The position numbers and the translations under genes were made by a program. Of a stretch of DNA of 64,000 nt, positions 19,182-27,620 are shown in pieces. The stretch's first letter is position 1, and each line of letters begins with the position of its first letter. The notes below the pieces were generated by a model, which saw nothing but the letters and a program-made list of their open reading frames with translations, did not search any database and had not been told where the DNA came from. Source of the stretch: an uncultured Bacilli bacterium (GTDB lineage Bacteria > Bacillota_I > Bacilli_A > RF39 > UBA660); NCBI GenBank assembly GCA_934122275.1, contig CAKOWI010000003.1, positions 29,952 through 93,951 of the forward strand, given 5' to 3'.

Positions 19182-19643
19182 GTTGTTAGAAAATATCCTT
19201 GAAAGAAAGAATGGTATTATGTTAAATATTATTAAAGAGGAATTACCTATTGAAAAATCGTTAAAAAGGAAGTTAGAACTAATGTGTGATTTTTCTAAAA
19301 CAACACATACTATTATAACTTGGAATATTAGAAAGATAGATAAAACAGCTGAAACTCTTACCGAAAATAATAAAGCACTTACTTTAAACAATAATACCAA
19401 AGAATAGAATAATGAAATATCTTTTTTAAAATCTAAAATAAGTGGTTTAAGAAAAACGATTGAGTATCGGAAAGATAAATTTGATAAACTAATATCATTC
19501 TTATATAGTAAATTTCATAATTGACATGATAAAGACGATAAATATATTAATGTAGTTAACGATATGTATTAAAATAACGTTTTAAATGATGATGATATTA
19601 AAGAGTTAAATTTAAATAAGAAACAAGAAGATTTTAAAAGATA
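19180..19643 (+). pseudogene. Gene remnant: one reading frame of about 155 codons interrupted by TAG (19405), TGA (19522) and TAA (19570); coiled-coil-like, possibly the C-terminal part of a plasmid/ICE mobilisation or replication protein
   Basis: My conceptual translation is ...KALTLNNNTKE*NNEISFLKSKISGLRKTIEYRKDKFDKLISFLYSKFHN*HDKDDKYINVVNDMY*NNVLNDDDIKELNLNKKQEDFKR*. There are far fewer stops than random AT-rich sequence would give. The family assignment is a guess. Confidence 0.35.
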
Positions 19644-19709
19644 ATTTAAGAATTATTAATAAAATATTAGATAATGGTGATATAATAAATAATCACAAGG
19701 AGGATTAAT

Positions 19710-20408
19710 ATGGAATACAATGTTTATTGTGACGAAAGCTGTCATTTAGTAAGTAATGATAGCAATTATATGTTAATCGGTGCAATTTCTTGCCCTAAGA
19801 ACAAAGTAAAAAAAGTAAATGAATATATAGAACATTTAAAAGAAAACTATAATATTTCTAATAAAATTGAGCTAAAATGGAACAAGATTGATAAAAAAAC
19901 AGAAAAATTATATTTAGATATTATTAATTATTTCTTTAATAATGATGATTTAAAATTTCGGGTTATCGTTATAGATAAAACAAAATTAACCCACGAAAAA
20001 TATAATCAAACTGAAAACGATTTTTATCATAAAGCATATTACGAAATGCTAAAATACATTATTGTTCCAGGAAATTCATATAATATTTATCCTGATATAA
20101 AAGATACAAACTCATATTATTATCATCAAGTAATGCTTAATTATTTAAGAATTAAAATGGCAGATTATAATAAAAAGACTATTCGTAAAGTTCAACCTAT
20201 TAGATCTTATGAAGCTCCTATATTACAAATAAATGATATATTAATTGGAGCATTATCTTATTATTACAGAAATCTATCAAATAATAGTGTAAAATTAAAC
20301 ATTATATCAGAAATCAAAAAATTGTATCAAAATGACTTGAATACAACATCATATTGTAGTAATACGAAGTTTAATATATTTATGTGGAGATCAAGAAATG
20401 ATATCTAA
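19710..20408 (+). CDS. DUF3800-like protein
   Basis: The N-terminal YCDES motif and C-terminal LQINDILIGAL resemble the conserved Y.DESG and Q.AD motifs I associate with DUF3800. AAGGAGG RBS upstream. Confidence 0.6.
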   Translation: MEYNVYCDESCHLVSNDSNYMLIGAISCPKNKVKKVNEYIEHLKENYNISNKIELKWNKIDKKTEKLYLDIINYFFNNDDLKFRVIVIDKTKLTHEKYNQTENDFYHKAYYEMLKYIIVPGNSYNIYPDIKDTNSYYYHQVMLNYLRIKMADYNKKTIRKVQPIRSYEAPILQINDILIGALSYYYRNLSNNSVKLNIISEIKKLYQNDLNTTSYCSNTKFNIFMWRSRNDI

Positions 20409-20904
20409 TAAATGTGGACTGAACGGTCCATTACCTGAAACAACTACTAATGATGAATTATATGATTACTTTATAAAAAATATATACTATGGTGATTTAA
20501 AAATAAATGGAATGAGAATTAAAGTATTTACAACGCCATTTGAAGATAATAAAATGCAAGGGTTCTTTCATTTAACAACTAAAACGCAAAAAAATTCTGG
20601 AATAAAAATTCGAATGAAAGAACCAAGAGCATATTTTATAAATTATATTGTACCGATGATAAAAAACTATTTAAATTGTCCAACTTGTGATGATTCAAAA
20701 TGTAGTAAAATAAAAATTTGGACTGCTCCATATAAAAATATTAAGAGAACCAAATTATTATACTGTGATGATTTATATAGTTATATAATAATTCTCGAAA
20801 GAAGTAAGAATGATATGTATATAATTAGTTCATATTTAATTGATGAACCAGGATATTTAAAAAATGTATTAAAAGAATACGATAAATACAAAAAATCCTC
20901 TTAA
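20398..20904 (+). CDS. Hypothetical 168-aa protein, translationally coupled to the DUF3800-like gene
   Basis: Overlaps the upstream gene by 11 nt. Contains a CPTCDDSKC cluster and a C-terminal YSYIIILERSKNDMYIISSYLID strand pattern reminiscent of small RelE/barnase-like nuclease folds (weak). Confidence 0.5.
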   Translation: MISNKCGLNGPLPETTTNDELYDYFIKNIYYGDLKINGMRIKVFTTPFEDNKMQGFFHLTTKTQKNSGIKIRMKEPRAYFINYIVPMIKNYLNCPTCDDSKCSKIKIWTAPYKNIKRTKLLYCDDLYSYIIILERSKNDMYIISSYLIDEPGYLKNVLKEYDKYKKSS

Positions 20905-20928
20905 ATTAATTTAAGAAGATTTTAAATT

Positions 20929-21000
20929 AAAAAAAACGGATAACGCAACTAATAAAAGTTGCGTCTCCAGGACTCATATAACCCTTGGTCATTGAGTAAC
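20929..21000 (-). ncRNA. Candidate ~72-nt small RNA, convergent with the DUF3800 operon
   Basis: A consensus promoter (TTGACA-17-TACAAT) lies just upstream. The predicted RNA has a 5' hairpin (ACUCAAUGACC-AAG-GGUUAUAUGAGU) and a terminator hairpin (ACGCAACU-UUUAUU-AGUUGCGU) followed by U8. It contains no ORF. Confidence 0.5.
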
Positions 21001-21003
21001 TAG

Positions 21004-21032
21004 ATTGTAGCACAAATTACATTTAATGTCAA
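21004..21032 (-). promoter_or_regulatory. Near-consensus SigA promoter: TTGACA (21032-21027), 17-nt spacer, TACAAT (21009-21004)
   Basis: Read directly on the minus strand; the spacer ends in TGC. Confidence 0.6.
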
Positions 21033-21277
21033 TCCATGGAAATTTTTGCACCACATTATATATTATTCCTCATATTATATTAATATACATAGATATGAAT
21101 AACATTTATTAGCAATCTGTATAGTAATAATGAACTGTTAATTTCCGTTTCCTAATTCTGTTTTATATTCGTTTTAACCAATTTAACAGAGAACATTGAA
21201 AAAAAACATCATTTAGTATATAATAAATCTCACATTTTTATGAGATATTTTATATTCAAATTTATGGAAGTGGTTTT

Positions 21278-21952
21278 ATGCTATTAAAGGATAAATATTT
21301 TCATAGCATTCACTCATATATTGATACATCCTATAGACACATAATGCTAGATGATATTATTGATAAAATGGAAAAAATATTTCGTTGTGGTTTTATCTTA
21401 CCATATAAAGATATAGTAAGAATTTATGGTAATGTTATATCAAGAAATAATTATGTAACTTTAAATGGATCAGATTATATTTCAATATCACTTCACGAAT
21501 CTAATCCACAAAAAATTGATATTGAATATAAAGAAAAAATATCGAATTGCGAAAATGCTTTTCAAAGTTTTATCATACAAGAACCATCAATTGTTTTAGA
21601 ACCTAATATAGCGAAAGATTTAAAGTTTTTAAATTATAACGGAATATATCTTGAAAGATTAGTGGCTGAACCCGTTTCATTAGAATATATGAGTGCAATT
21701 TCAATATTTGCACCTGGAATGTTAGAACCATTTTTTAACAATATACCCGAAACACAATATTATAATTGTTTTAATGATTCATCGTTTAGAATAATAACTA
21801 TAGAATATTTAGATAAGATTATAGAATTAATTAAAAAATATGGGTATGATATTCCGGTTGTTGATATATGTACAGGTAATTCATATAAAGAAAATGAAAA
21901 ATACAGAGAATATGTAAAAACTTTAAAAAGACACTATATTTCTAGAGATTAG
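21278..21952 (+). CDS. Hypothetical protein (island cargo, no recognisable domain)
   Basis: 224-aa ORF preceded by a long 373-bp intergenic region. Confidence 0.45.
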   Translation: MLLKDKYFHSIHSYIDTSYRHIMLDDIIDKMEKIFRCGFILPYKDIVRIYGNVISRNNYVTLNGSDYISISLHESNPQKIDIEYKEKISNCENAFQSFIIQEPSIVLEPNIAKDLKFLNYNGIYLERLVAEPVSLEYMSAISIFAPGMLEPFFNNIPETQYYNCFNDSSFRIITIEYLDKIIELIKKYGYDIPVVDICTGNSYKENEKYREYVKTLKRHYISRD

Positions 21953-21997
21953 TTATTTATTAACTAATTACTTAGGTTCCGGATATACTATATCCTC

Positions 21998-22017
21998 CTA
22001 CCAATTGTAAATAACTA
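21998..22017 (+). repeat. Direct repeat copy 2 (attR-like): CTACCAATTGTAAATAACTA
   Basis: Matches 19138-19157 at 19 of 20 positions. It is preceded by ATCCTC, which also occurs in the tRNA T-arm. Confidence 0.8.
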
Positions 22018-22040
22018 GATGATTTTCATCTAGTTTTTAT
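22013..22040 (+). terminator. Terminator hairpin homologous in position to the one after tRNA-Met
   Basis: AACTAGATG-ATTTT-CATCTAGTT followed by a T-run. The outer bases are the same as in the 19153 hairpin, and the inner stem differs with compensatory changes. Confidence 0.55.
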
Positions 22041-22151
22041 TTTTTATAGACAGCCTTTCTTATTAATTAGAACAGACTTCTTATATAAATGATCTTAATT
22101 TCATACACTAATTTTAAAAAAAGTATTATAATTTAAACAGAGGTAAATATT

Positions 22152-22514
22152 ATGACTTATGGTGATATTTTAAACAATTTATCAAAATCAAAATTTAGAA
22201 GTAGTTTTCATTTAAGAAAGTATATGATAGATTATATAGACAATAAAGGTTATATAGAAATTAAAAAGCATGCGTATGATTTTATAACAAAAAGACTTGC
22301 TCCGAAAGAAATACCAAACGATGGTAGGCAAACACCTATGAAAGGACATCCCGTTTTTATAGCACAACATGCTTGTGCATGTTGCTGCAGAAATTGCCTT
22401 TATAAGTGGCATAAGATACCAAAAAATAAAGATTTAAGTGAAAAAGAAATAGACTATATAGTAAATCTTTTAATGCTGTGGATAAAAAAAGAATATGAAA
22501 ATGCAAAAAAGTAA
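22152..22514 (+). CDS. DUF4186-like protein
   Basis: HPVFIAQHACACCCRNCLYKWHKIP matches the conserved Cys-rich core I associate with DUF4186. Confidence 0.55.
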   Translation: MTYGDILNNLSKSKFRSSFHLRKYMIDYIDNKGYIEIKKHAYDFITKRLAPKEIPNDGRQTPMKGHPVFIAQHACACCCRNCLYKWHKIPKNKDLSEKEIDYIVNLLMLWIKKEYENAKK

Positions 22515-22529
22515 CAAAAGTTACTTTTT

Positions 22530-23810
22530 TTACGATATCATATTAATAAATTCTTGAAGAGTTATAGATTTTTGAATTGGATACCTAGGAATTTTATATT
22601 TATTAGAACTTCTAGTTGCTTTTCTACTACCACCTACAAATGCTAGTTTAAATCCAGTTTGTTTTAATAGTTCTATAGCATTATCTGAATATGCATAAAA
22701 TGGATAAGCAAATGCTAAATTAGAATTCAAAATTTCCACTGATTTCTTTAAATCTTTTAATACTTCATCATTACTTAAGCAAAGCATTTTAGCACCCCTT
22801 GTAACTCCTTTACAGAAACTTTCAGTATGCATATCATTGGTATGAGACTCAATACCTAAATTTTTTGATACATAGTTTGACTTATCCCACCAACCTGTTA
22901 TTAAAAATAATGTTGCATTAATGTCATACTTTTCCAAAAGCGGAATTAGTTTATTTCCATTATGAAACCCGGTACCAGCTGCTCCATCATCAACTGTTAT
23001 TAATACACTTCTTGCAGGTAAATCAATTTCACCATAAATCCATTGTTTAAACTCCCACATCGTTAATGTTTTATAATTATTATCTTTTAAGTATTTTAAT
23101 TGTTCTTCAAACTTTTTTGTACTTATAAATATGCTTTGATTACCACGTTCTGTGTTCTCATCATAGAAAAAATGATAATTTAAAACAGCAATTTTATTTG
23201 CATGACTTCCAATACTAGGAAGACTCTTAACCTTATCTTTATACTCAACTACTCTTTTTACCTCAGTAAAATTATTGCTAGAATCACTTACTTTATATAC
23301 AACCTCATAAACTCCCTTTTTAGTATTATCTATATTATTAGTTACAGAAACATTTTTAGTTATATCCCCATCATAATTATCTGACGATTTATATCCTGGT
23401 TCTTTATATTCATCACCAACAGTTAAAACTATTTTACTTTCACCTTCTAATGTTATAACTGGTTTTTCATCATCAATAACTTTAACTTTTCTTTCTACAC
23501 ATTTAGATAGTTTGGTTCCGATTCCTTTTTTTATAACCTTATATTTTATATTATATTCTCCTACTTTATTGGTATTAACATTACCACTTATAATTATATT
23601 ATTAATGTTTTTACCTCTAAAGTCTGCTATTGCACCTTCTTCTTTATATACATCTTTATACTTTAATGTAATATTTTTTTCACCCTTAAGCTTAATATTA
23701 AGATTTTTCTTAGTAAAATATACTTCTCTATATAATATATATGAACTTAATATAACAACTATAGTAATTAATAATACCAGTAAAATAATAAACCTTTTTT
23801 TCTTCATCAT
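22530..23810 (-). CDS. Membrane-anchored polysaccharide deacetylase with two Ig-like (DUF5011-type) domains
   Basis: N-terminal transmembrane segment, two repeats of the form DD.KPVITL.G......G..Y.EPG, and a C-terminal NodB-like region (ITVDDGAAGTG...ESHTNDMH). Confidence 0.7.
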   Translation of the reverse strand: MMKKKRFIILLVLLITIVVILSSYILYREVYFTKKNLNIKLKGEKNITLKYKDVYKEEGAIADFRGKNINNIIISGNVNTNKVGEYNIKYKVIKKGIGTKLSKCVERKVKVIDDEKPVITLEGESKIVLTVGDEYKEPGYKSSDNYDGDITKNVSVTNNIDNTKKGVYEVVYKVSDSSNNFTEVKRVVEYKDKVKSLPSIGSHANKIAVLNYHFFYDENTERGNQSIFISTKKFEEQLKYLKDNNYKTLTMWEFKQWIYGEIDLPARSVLITVDDGAAGTGFHNGNKLIPLLEKYDINATLFLITGWWDKSNYVSKNLGIESHTNDMHTESFCKGVTRGAKMLCLSNDEVLKDLKKSVEILNSNLAFAYPFYAYSDNAIELLKQTGFKLAFVGGSRKATRSSNKYKIPRYPIQKSITLQEFINMIS

Positions 23811-23860
23811 GCACTCTCCAATATAAATATATATTTATTTTACTAATTTGTAAAGATTAA

Positions 23861-24196
23861 TCATAAATCATTTTTTATATTATTTATTTCTTGTTCTATT
23901 GCCTTTACCATTTTTTCTAACATATTTATAGTATCTTGTGGATCTCTATTTTTAAACCCACTCATTCCTGAAAAAGTATCAGCATTATTTCTACCCGTTT
24001 CAGTAGAACCGGAAGGTTCTAACCCTCTTTCTTGCATAACAGCTCTATAAAAAGCATTAGTAGATAAAACTTGTGCAACTAACATAAGCCAGTTTCCTAC
24101 CGCATTTTGCTCATTAGCAGTCATATCGTCAATTAATAAATATCCAACTACGATAGCTGATAAAGAAAAAAGTTTAGGAGGAACATTTGGTAACAA
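23861..24196 (-). CDS. Hypothetical small protein
   Basis: A TTG start at 24196 follows a GGAGTGA RBS; no motif recognised. Confidence 0.4.
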   Translation of the reverse strand: MLPNVPPKLFSLSAIVVGYLLIDDMTANEQNAVGNWLMLVAQVLSTNAFYRAVMQERGLEPSGSTETGRNNADTFSGMSGFKNRDPQDTINMLEKMVKAIEQEINNIKNDL

Positions 24197-24247
24197 AAAG
24201 ATCACTCCTTCATATAGAATTATATTCAATATATCATCTTAATTTAA

Positions 24248-24631
24248 CTAATTAAATGCTAGTTCAACATCTAAATTCTCATTTTGAATAGCTATATATA
24301 AAAATATTACACCACTAATTAAAATAAGTAATGAACCTAAAAATGATAGATAAGTTAAGTTTTTCTTTCCATCAGAATCATCTTTATTTAATTCTATAAC
24401 ATCATCAAGTGATGTTTTTGCAAAATACATATATACTATAAGTAATATAGTAAATATAATTATCATTATATTTGTGTATTTTCTTCTACTATCAACATCA
24501 TTATTTATAAAATATTTTCTTTCTAAATTATTAGAATAAAAACTTAAAATGATTATACCTATATAAACTATCCAAACTATCTCTTCTGCTTTAAGTTCTT
24601 TTAATTTCTTATTTAACTCATTAACATTCAT
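24248..24631 (-). CDS. Hypothetical membrane protein
   Basis: Three hydrophobic segments. Confidence 0.4.
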   Translation of the reverse strand: MNVNELNKKLKELKAEEIVWIVYIGIIILSFYSNNLERKYFINNDVDSRRKYTNIMIIIFTILLIVYMYFAKTSLDDVIELNKDDSDGKKNLTYLSFLGSLLILISGVIFLYIAIQNENLDVELAFN

Positions 24632-24648
24632 ACTAAATTATATGCTTA

Positions 24649-25419
24649 TTATTTAAACATACTATATAATTTAACTAACTTAGACTGAATATATGGTGCT
24701 GTATAAATTTTTTTAGGTTTTTCATCTTCTACAGCTCTTACGATCTTTATAACTATAGAGTCCAATTTCTTTACTTCTCCTAGTTTAAGTATAGCATGCT
24801 CTAAATTATATAATTCACCTTTTATATCTTCAAAATATTTTCCATCATTATATTTACTATCTATAAAAACATTATTAAATCCAGTATGATATAATCCAGG
24901 TTCTATTATTATTACATTAACGTTTGAACCTTGCAAAAACAATTCTTTTTGAAGACAAGATGCCATACATGAAATACTAGCTTTTGTTGCTGAATATATA
25001 CCAGTAAATGGTAAAGATAAATGTCCTATTAAAGATGACATAACAATAATTCTTCCCTTATCTTTTTCCATCATTTGCTTTAGTACAAGTTTTAATAATC
25101 TAAATGATGAAAAAACGTTTATTTCAAAATTCTTTCTCATATCATCAATATCTGTTTCAATTATGGAACCTCCAACTGCAATTGCTGCATTATTAATTAA
25201 AACATCTATATTTAAATCTAATACCTTTTTTATATCCTGTTTTTTTGTAATATCTATTTTCATGATAATTATATTTTCTAGATCATCTATCTTTTCTTTA
25301 AGATTACTTACTTCTTTATCCGCATGGCATGTTAAATACACAGTATTACCCCTTTTTGCAAGAGTTAATGCAGTTAAATATCCTATACCTGATGCTGCAC
25401 CTGTTATTAAAATATTCAT
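24649..25419 (-). CDS. SDR family oxidoreductase
   Basis: ILITGAASGIGY Rossmann motif, NNAA, and the YSATK catalytic motif. Confidence 0.8.
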   Translation of the reverse strand: MNILITGAASGIGYLTALTLAKRGNTVYLTCHADKEVSNLKEKIDDLENIIIMKIDITKKQDIKKVLDLNIDVLINNAAIAVGGSIIETDIDDMRKNFEINVFSSFRLLKLVLKQMMEKDKGRIIVMSSLIGHLSLPFTGIYSATKASISCMASCLQKELFLQGSNVNVIIIEPGLYHTGFNNVFIDSKYNDGKYFEDIKGELYNLEHAILKLGEVKKLDSIVIKIVRAVEDEKPKKIYTAPYIQSKLVKLYSMFK

Positions 25420-25460
25420 AAAAAAAATCACCATTTATATGATGATCTTTTATAATAAAA

Positions 25461-26765
25461 TTATTCAGATAATAGTTTTTGATAAGCTTCTAATATCTCA
25501 TATATGTTTGTACAACTCATAAAACAAATTGCAGCATTTTTATGTCTTAATAATTTATCTACTGTATCTATAGAGATTTTTTCAGCACCTGGTATGTTTT
25601 TTATTAATTCATCACTTGATACATTAGGATAATCTTCTTTTCTTTCTCTATCACAATGTATATCCATAACATATGCTTTATCAGCTAACTTTAAAACATC
25701 TATAAAATCATTCATTAAAGCTTTTGTTCTAGAATAAGTATTAGGTAAAAAAACTGCTACTATTTCCTTATCTGGATATTTTTGTCTTGCTGACTCTATC
25801 GTAACTTTTATTTCAGTTGGATGATGTGCATAATCATCAATAGTAACTATGTCTTTAAATACTTTTTCTTTAAATCTTCTTTTAGCATTAGTAAACGTAT
25901 GAAATAATCTATGTATTTCCTCTTTATCTATTTTTTGCAAATTACATACAGTAATACATGCTAAAGAATTTAATACCATATGATTACCAAATACAGGTAT
26001 TTCAAAATGACCATAGAATTTTTCATTCATATAAACATCAAATGAACTGCCTTCTTTACTTAGTTTAACGTTTTTTGCAACAACATCATTATTATCATTA
26101 AATCCATAATAAATAACTTTATTATTAAGTTTCATTTTTCTAACATTTAAATCATCACCACATGCAATTACTTCTTTTGCTTTATTTGAAAATTCTTCAA
26201 ACGTTTTAATTATCTCATCAATATCTTTATAACATTCTGTGTGTTCTAATTCAATATTAGTAACTACTGCATAATAAGGACTATACGATAAAAAATGTTT
26301 TTTATATTCACATGATTCTAAAACAAATAATTCATTTTTTTTATTTGCATGACCTGATCCATCACCTATAAAATAATTACATCCAATAGTATTATTTAAT
26401 ATATTAGATATCATCTTACAAGTTGTTGTTTTACCATGCGTTCCGCACACACTAATAGTTTTAAACTCTCTACTTAACATTCCTAATAATTCATTATATT
26501 CAATAAATTTTAGATTCATATTCTTAGCTCTAACTATTTCTGGATGTTCTAAACTAAATGCTTTAGAATAAGTAACTATTGTATCTTTATCTATATCATG
26601 ATTACTATCATAATATATTTTTATATCTCTCTTATCTAATCCATCCTCAGTAAATTTATAGTCTTTATAATCATCATATCCAGAAACTTCATTTCCTAAA
26701 TCGAAAAGTATTTCTGCTAGTGTTGCCATACCAGAACCTTTTATACCTATACAATAATATTTCAT
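25461..26765 (-). CDS. murC: UDP-N-acetylmuramate--L-alanine ligase
   Basis: GIKGSGMATLAEIL and GTHGKTTT motifs of the Mur ligase family, with length and architecture of MurC. The ATG at 26765 follows an AGAGGTGA RBS. Confidence 0.85.
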   Translation of the reverse strand: MKYYCIGIKGSGMATLAEILFDLGNEVSGYDDYKDYKFTEDGLDKRDIKIYYDSNHDIDKDTIVTYSKAFSLEHPEIVRAKNMNLKFIEYNELLGMLSREFKTISVCGTHGKTTTCKMISNILNNTIGCNYFIGDGSGHANKKNELFVLESCEYKKHFLSYSPYYAVVTNIELEHTECYKDIDEIIKTFEEFSNKAKEVIACGDDLNVRKMKLNNKVIYYGFNDNNDVVAKNVKLSKEGSSFDVYMNEKFYGHFEIPVFGNHMVLNSLACITVCNLQKIDKEEIHRLFHTFTNAKRRFKEKVFKDIVTIDDYAHHPTEIKVTIESARQKYPDKEIVAVFLPNTYSRTKALMNDFIDVLKLADKAYVMDIHCDRERKEDYPNVSSDELIKNIPGAEKISIDTVDKLLRHKNAAICFMSCTNIYEILEAYQKLLSE

Positions 26766-26851
26766 GGATCTCACCTCTTTATAATTATATCACTTTTTAA
26801 TAAAAAACTGTATGAAATTATTATCATTTATGTTATAATCTTTTTGTAATT

Positions 26852-26938
26852 GCCGGTATGGCGGAATTGGTAGACGCGCTGGACTCAAAATCCAGTGATA
26901 GCAATATCGTATCGGTTCGACCCCGATTACCGGCACCA
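26852..26938 (+). tRNA. tRNA-Leu (anticodon CAA)
   Basis: GCCGGTATGGCGGAATTGGTAGACGCGCTGGACTCAAAATCCAGTGATAGCAATATCGTATCGGTTCGACCCCGATTACCGGCACCA has a long variable arm, the anticodon loop CTCAAAA and an encoded CCA. Confidence 0.9.
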
Positions 26939-26950
26939 ATATTTAATAAT

Positions 26951-26976
26951 AAATCCTAGTTTAGGATTTTTATTTT
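26951..26976 (+). terminator. Intrinsic terminator after tRNA-Leu
   Basis: AAATCCTA-GTT-TAGGATTT followed by a T-run. Confidence 0.65.
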
Positions 26977-26994
26977 ATATAAAAGGTGATTAAA

Positions 26995-27603
26995 ATGAAC
27001 AATGAAAATCATTTATACAATGATGATGAAAACAAATTAAATAAGAGTTTAGAAGAATTTAATAAACTTAAAAATGATGTATTTCTTATAGTAGAATCAA
27101 AAAGAAAAAGATCGTCAAAAAAACCAATTGATATATTTGAAGAAGTATTTGATGATAAAAAATATAATAAATACACACAAGATGAAATACAAAAAATGTT
27201 GGATTACTTATGTCTTGAATATAGTATAAATTATTTAGATAATAAAGATGATAAGTATAAAAAAATTTTATTAAAAAAGCTACTTAAAGATTTAAAAGAA
27301 TTTGAAAGTAATAGCAAGCAAAAATATACTGATAATTTATATAATACCCAACTTGCTGACCTAACATTTTCAGAAGCAATAATAACCAATCAAAGAAAAA
27401 AATGGTGGAAAGTTTATAACAAATATTATATCTTATTATTAAAGAAGTTATATGAACTAAATCTTGATTCTGATATTATAAGAAATCCTGAGCATTATTT
27501 TTCTACACCAAGAGATATCTATGAAACTTGTAAAAAATATTATAATATGTCCCAAGATGAGATAAAAGATGCTCTTGAAAAATTAGAAAAAATTAAGAAA
27601 TAG
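26995..27603 (+). CDS. Hypothetical protein
   Basis: ATG at 26995 after an AAAGGTGA RBS; Lys/Asp-rich with no motif. Confidence 0.4.
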   Translation: MNNENHLYNDDENKLNKSLEEFNKLKNDVFLIVESKRKRSSKKPIDIFEEVFDDKKYNKYTQDEIQKMLDYLCLEYSINYLDNKDDKYKKILLKKLLKDLKEFESNSKQKYTDNLYNTQLADLTFSEAIITNQRKKWWKVYNKYYILLLKKLYELNLDSDIIRNPEHYFSTPRDIYETCKKYYNMSQDEIKDALEKLEKIKK

Positions 27604-27620
27604 CACTAGCTATTTCTTTT

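Larger units (their letters stand above)
19144..22017 (+). mobile_element. Degenerate integrated element (genomic islet) at the tRNA-Met 3' end, with no recombinase
   Basis: Bounded by the 20-bp direct repeat that includes the tRNA 3' end. Contains a nonsense-interrupted gene remnant and three genes with no housekeeping role. Confidence 0.6.

Noticed and set aside
19522-19524. An in-frame TGA in the gene remnant reads well as Trp (FHN-W-HDKD), hinting at a mycoplasma-type genetic code.
   Set aside because: Every confident gene in the window uses TGG for Trp, and several end in TGA (for example the stop at 6777-6779). The same frame also contains TAG and TAA, so pseudogenisation is the simpler explanation.
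25163-25522. 119-aa plus-strand ORF spanning the SDR/murC junction.
   Set aside because: It is antisense to two motif-supported genes and has hydrophobic low-complexity sequence.
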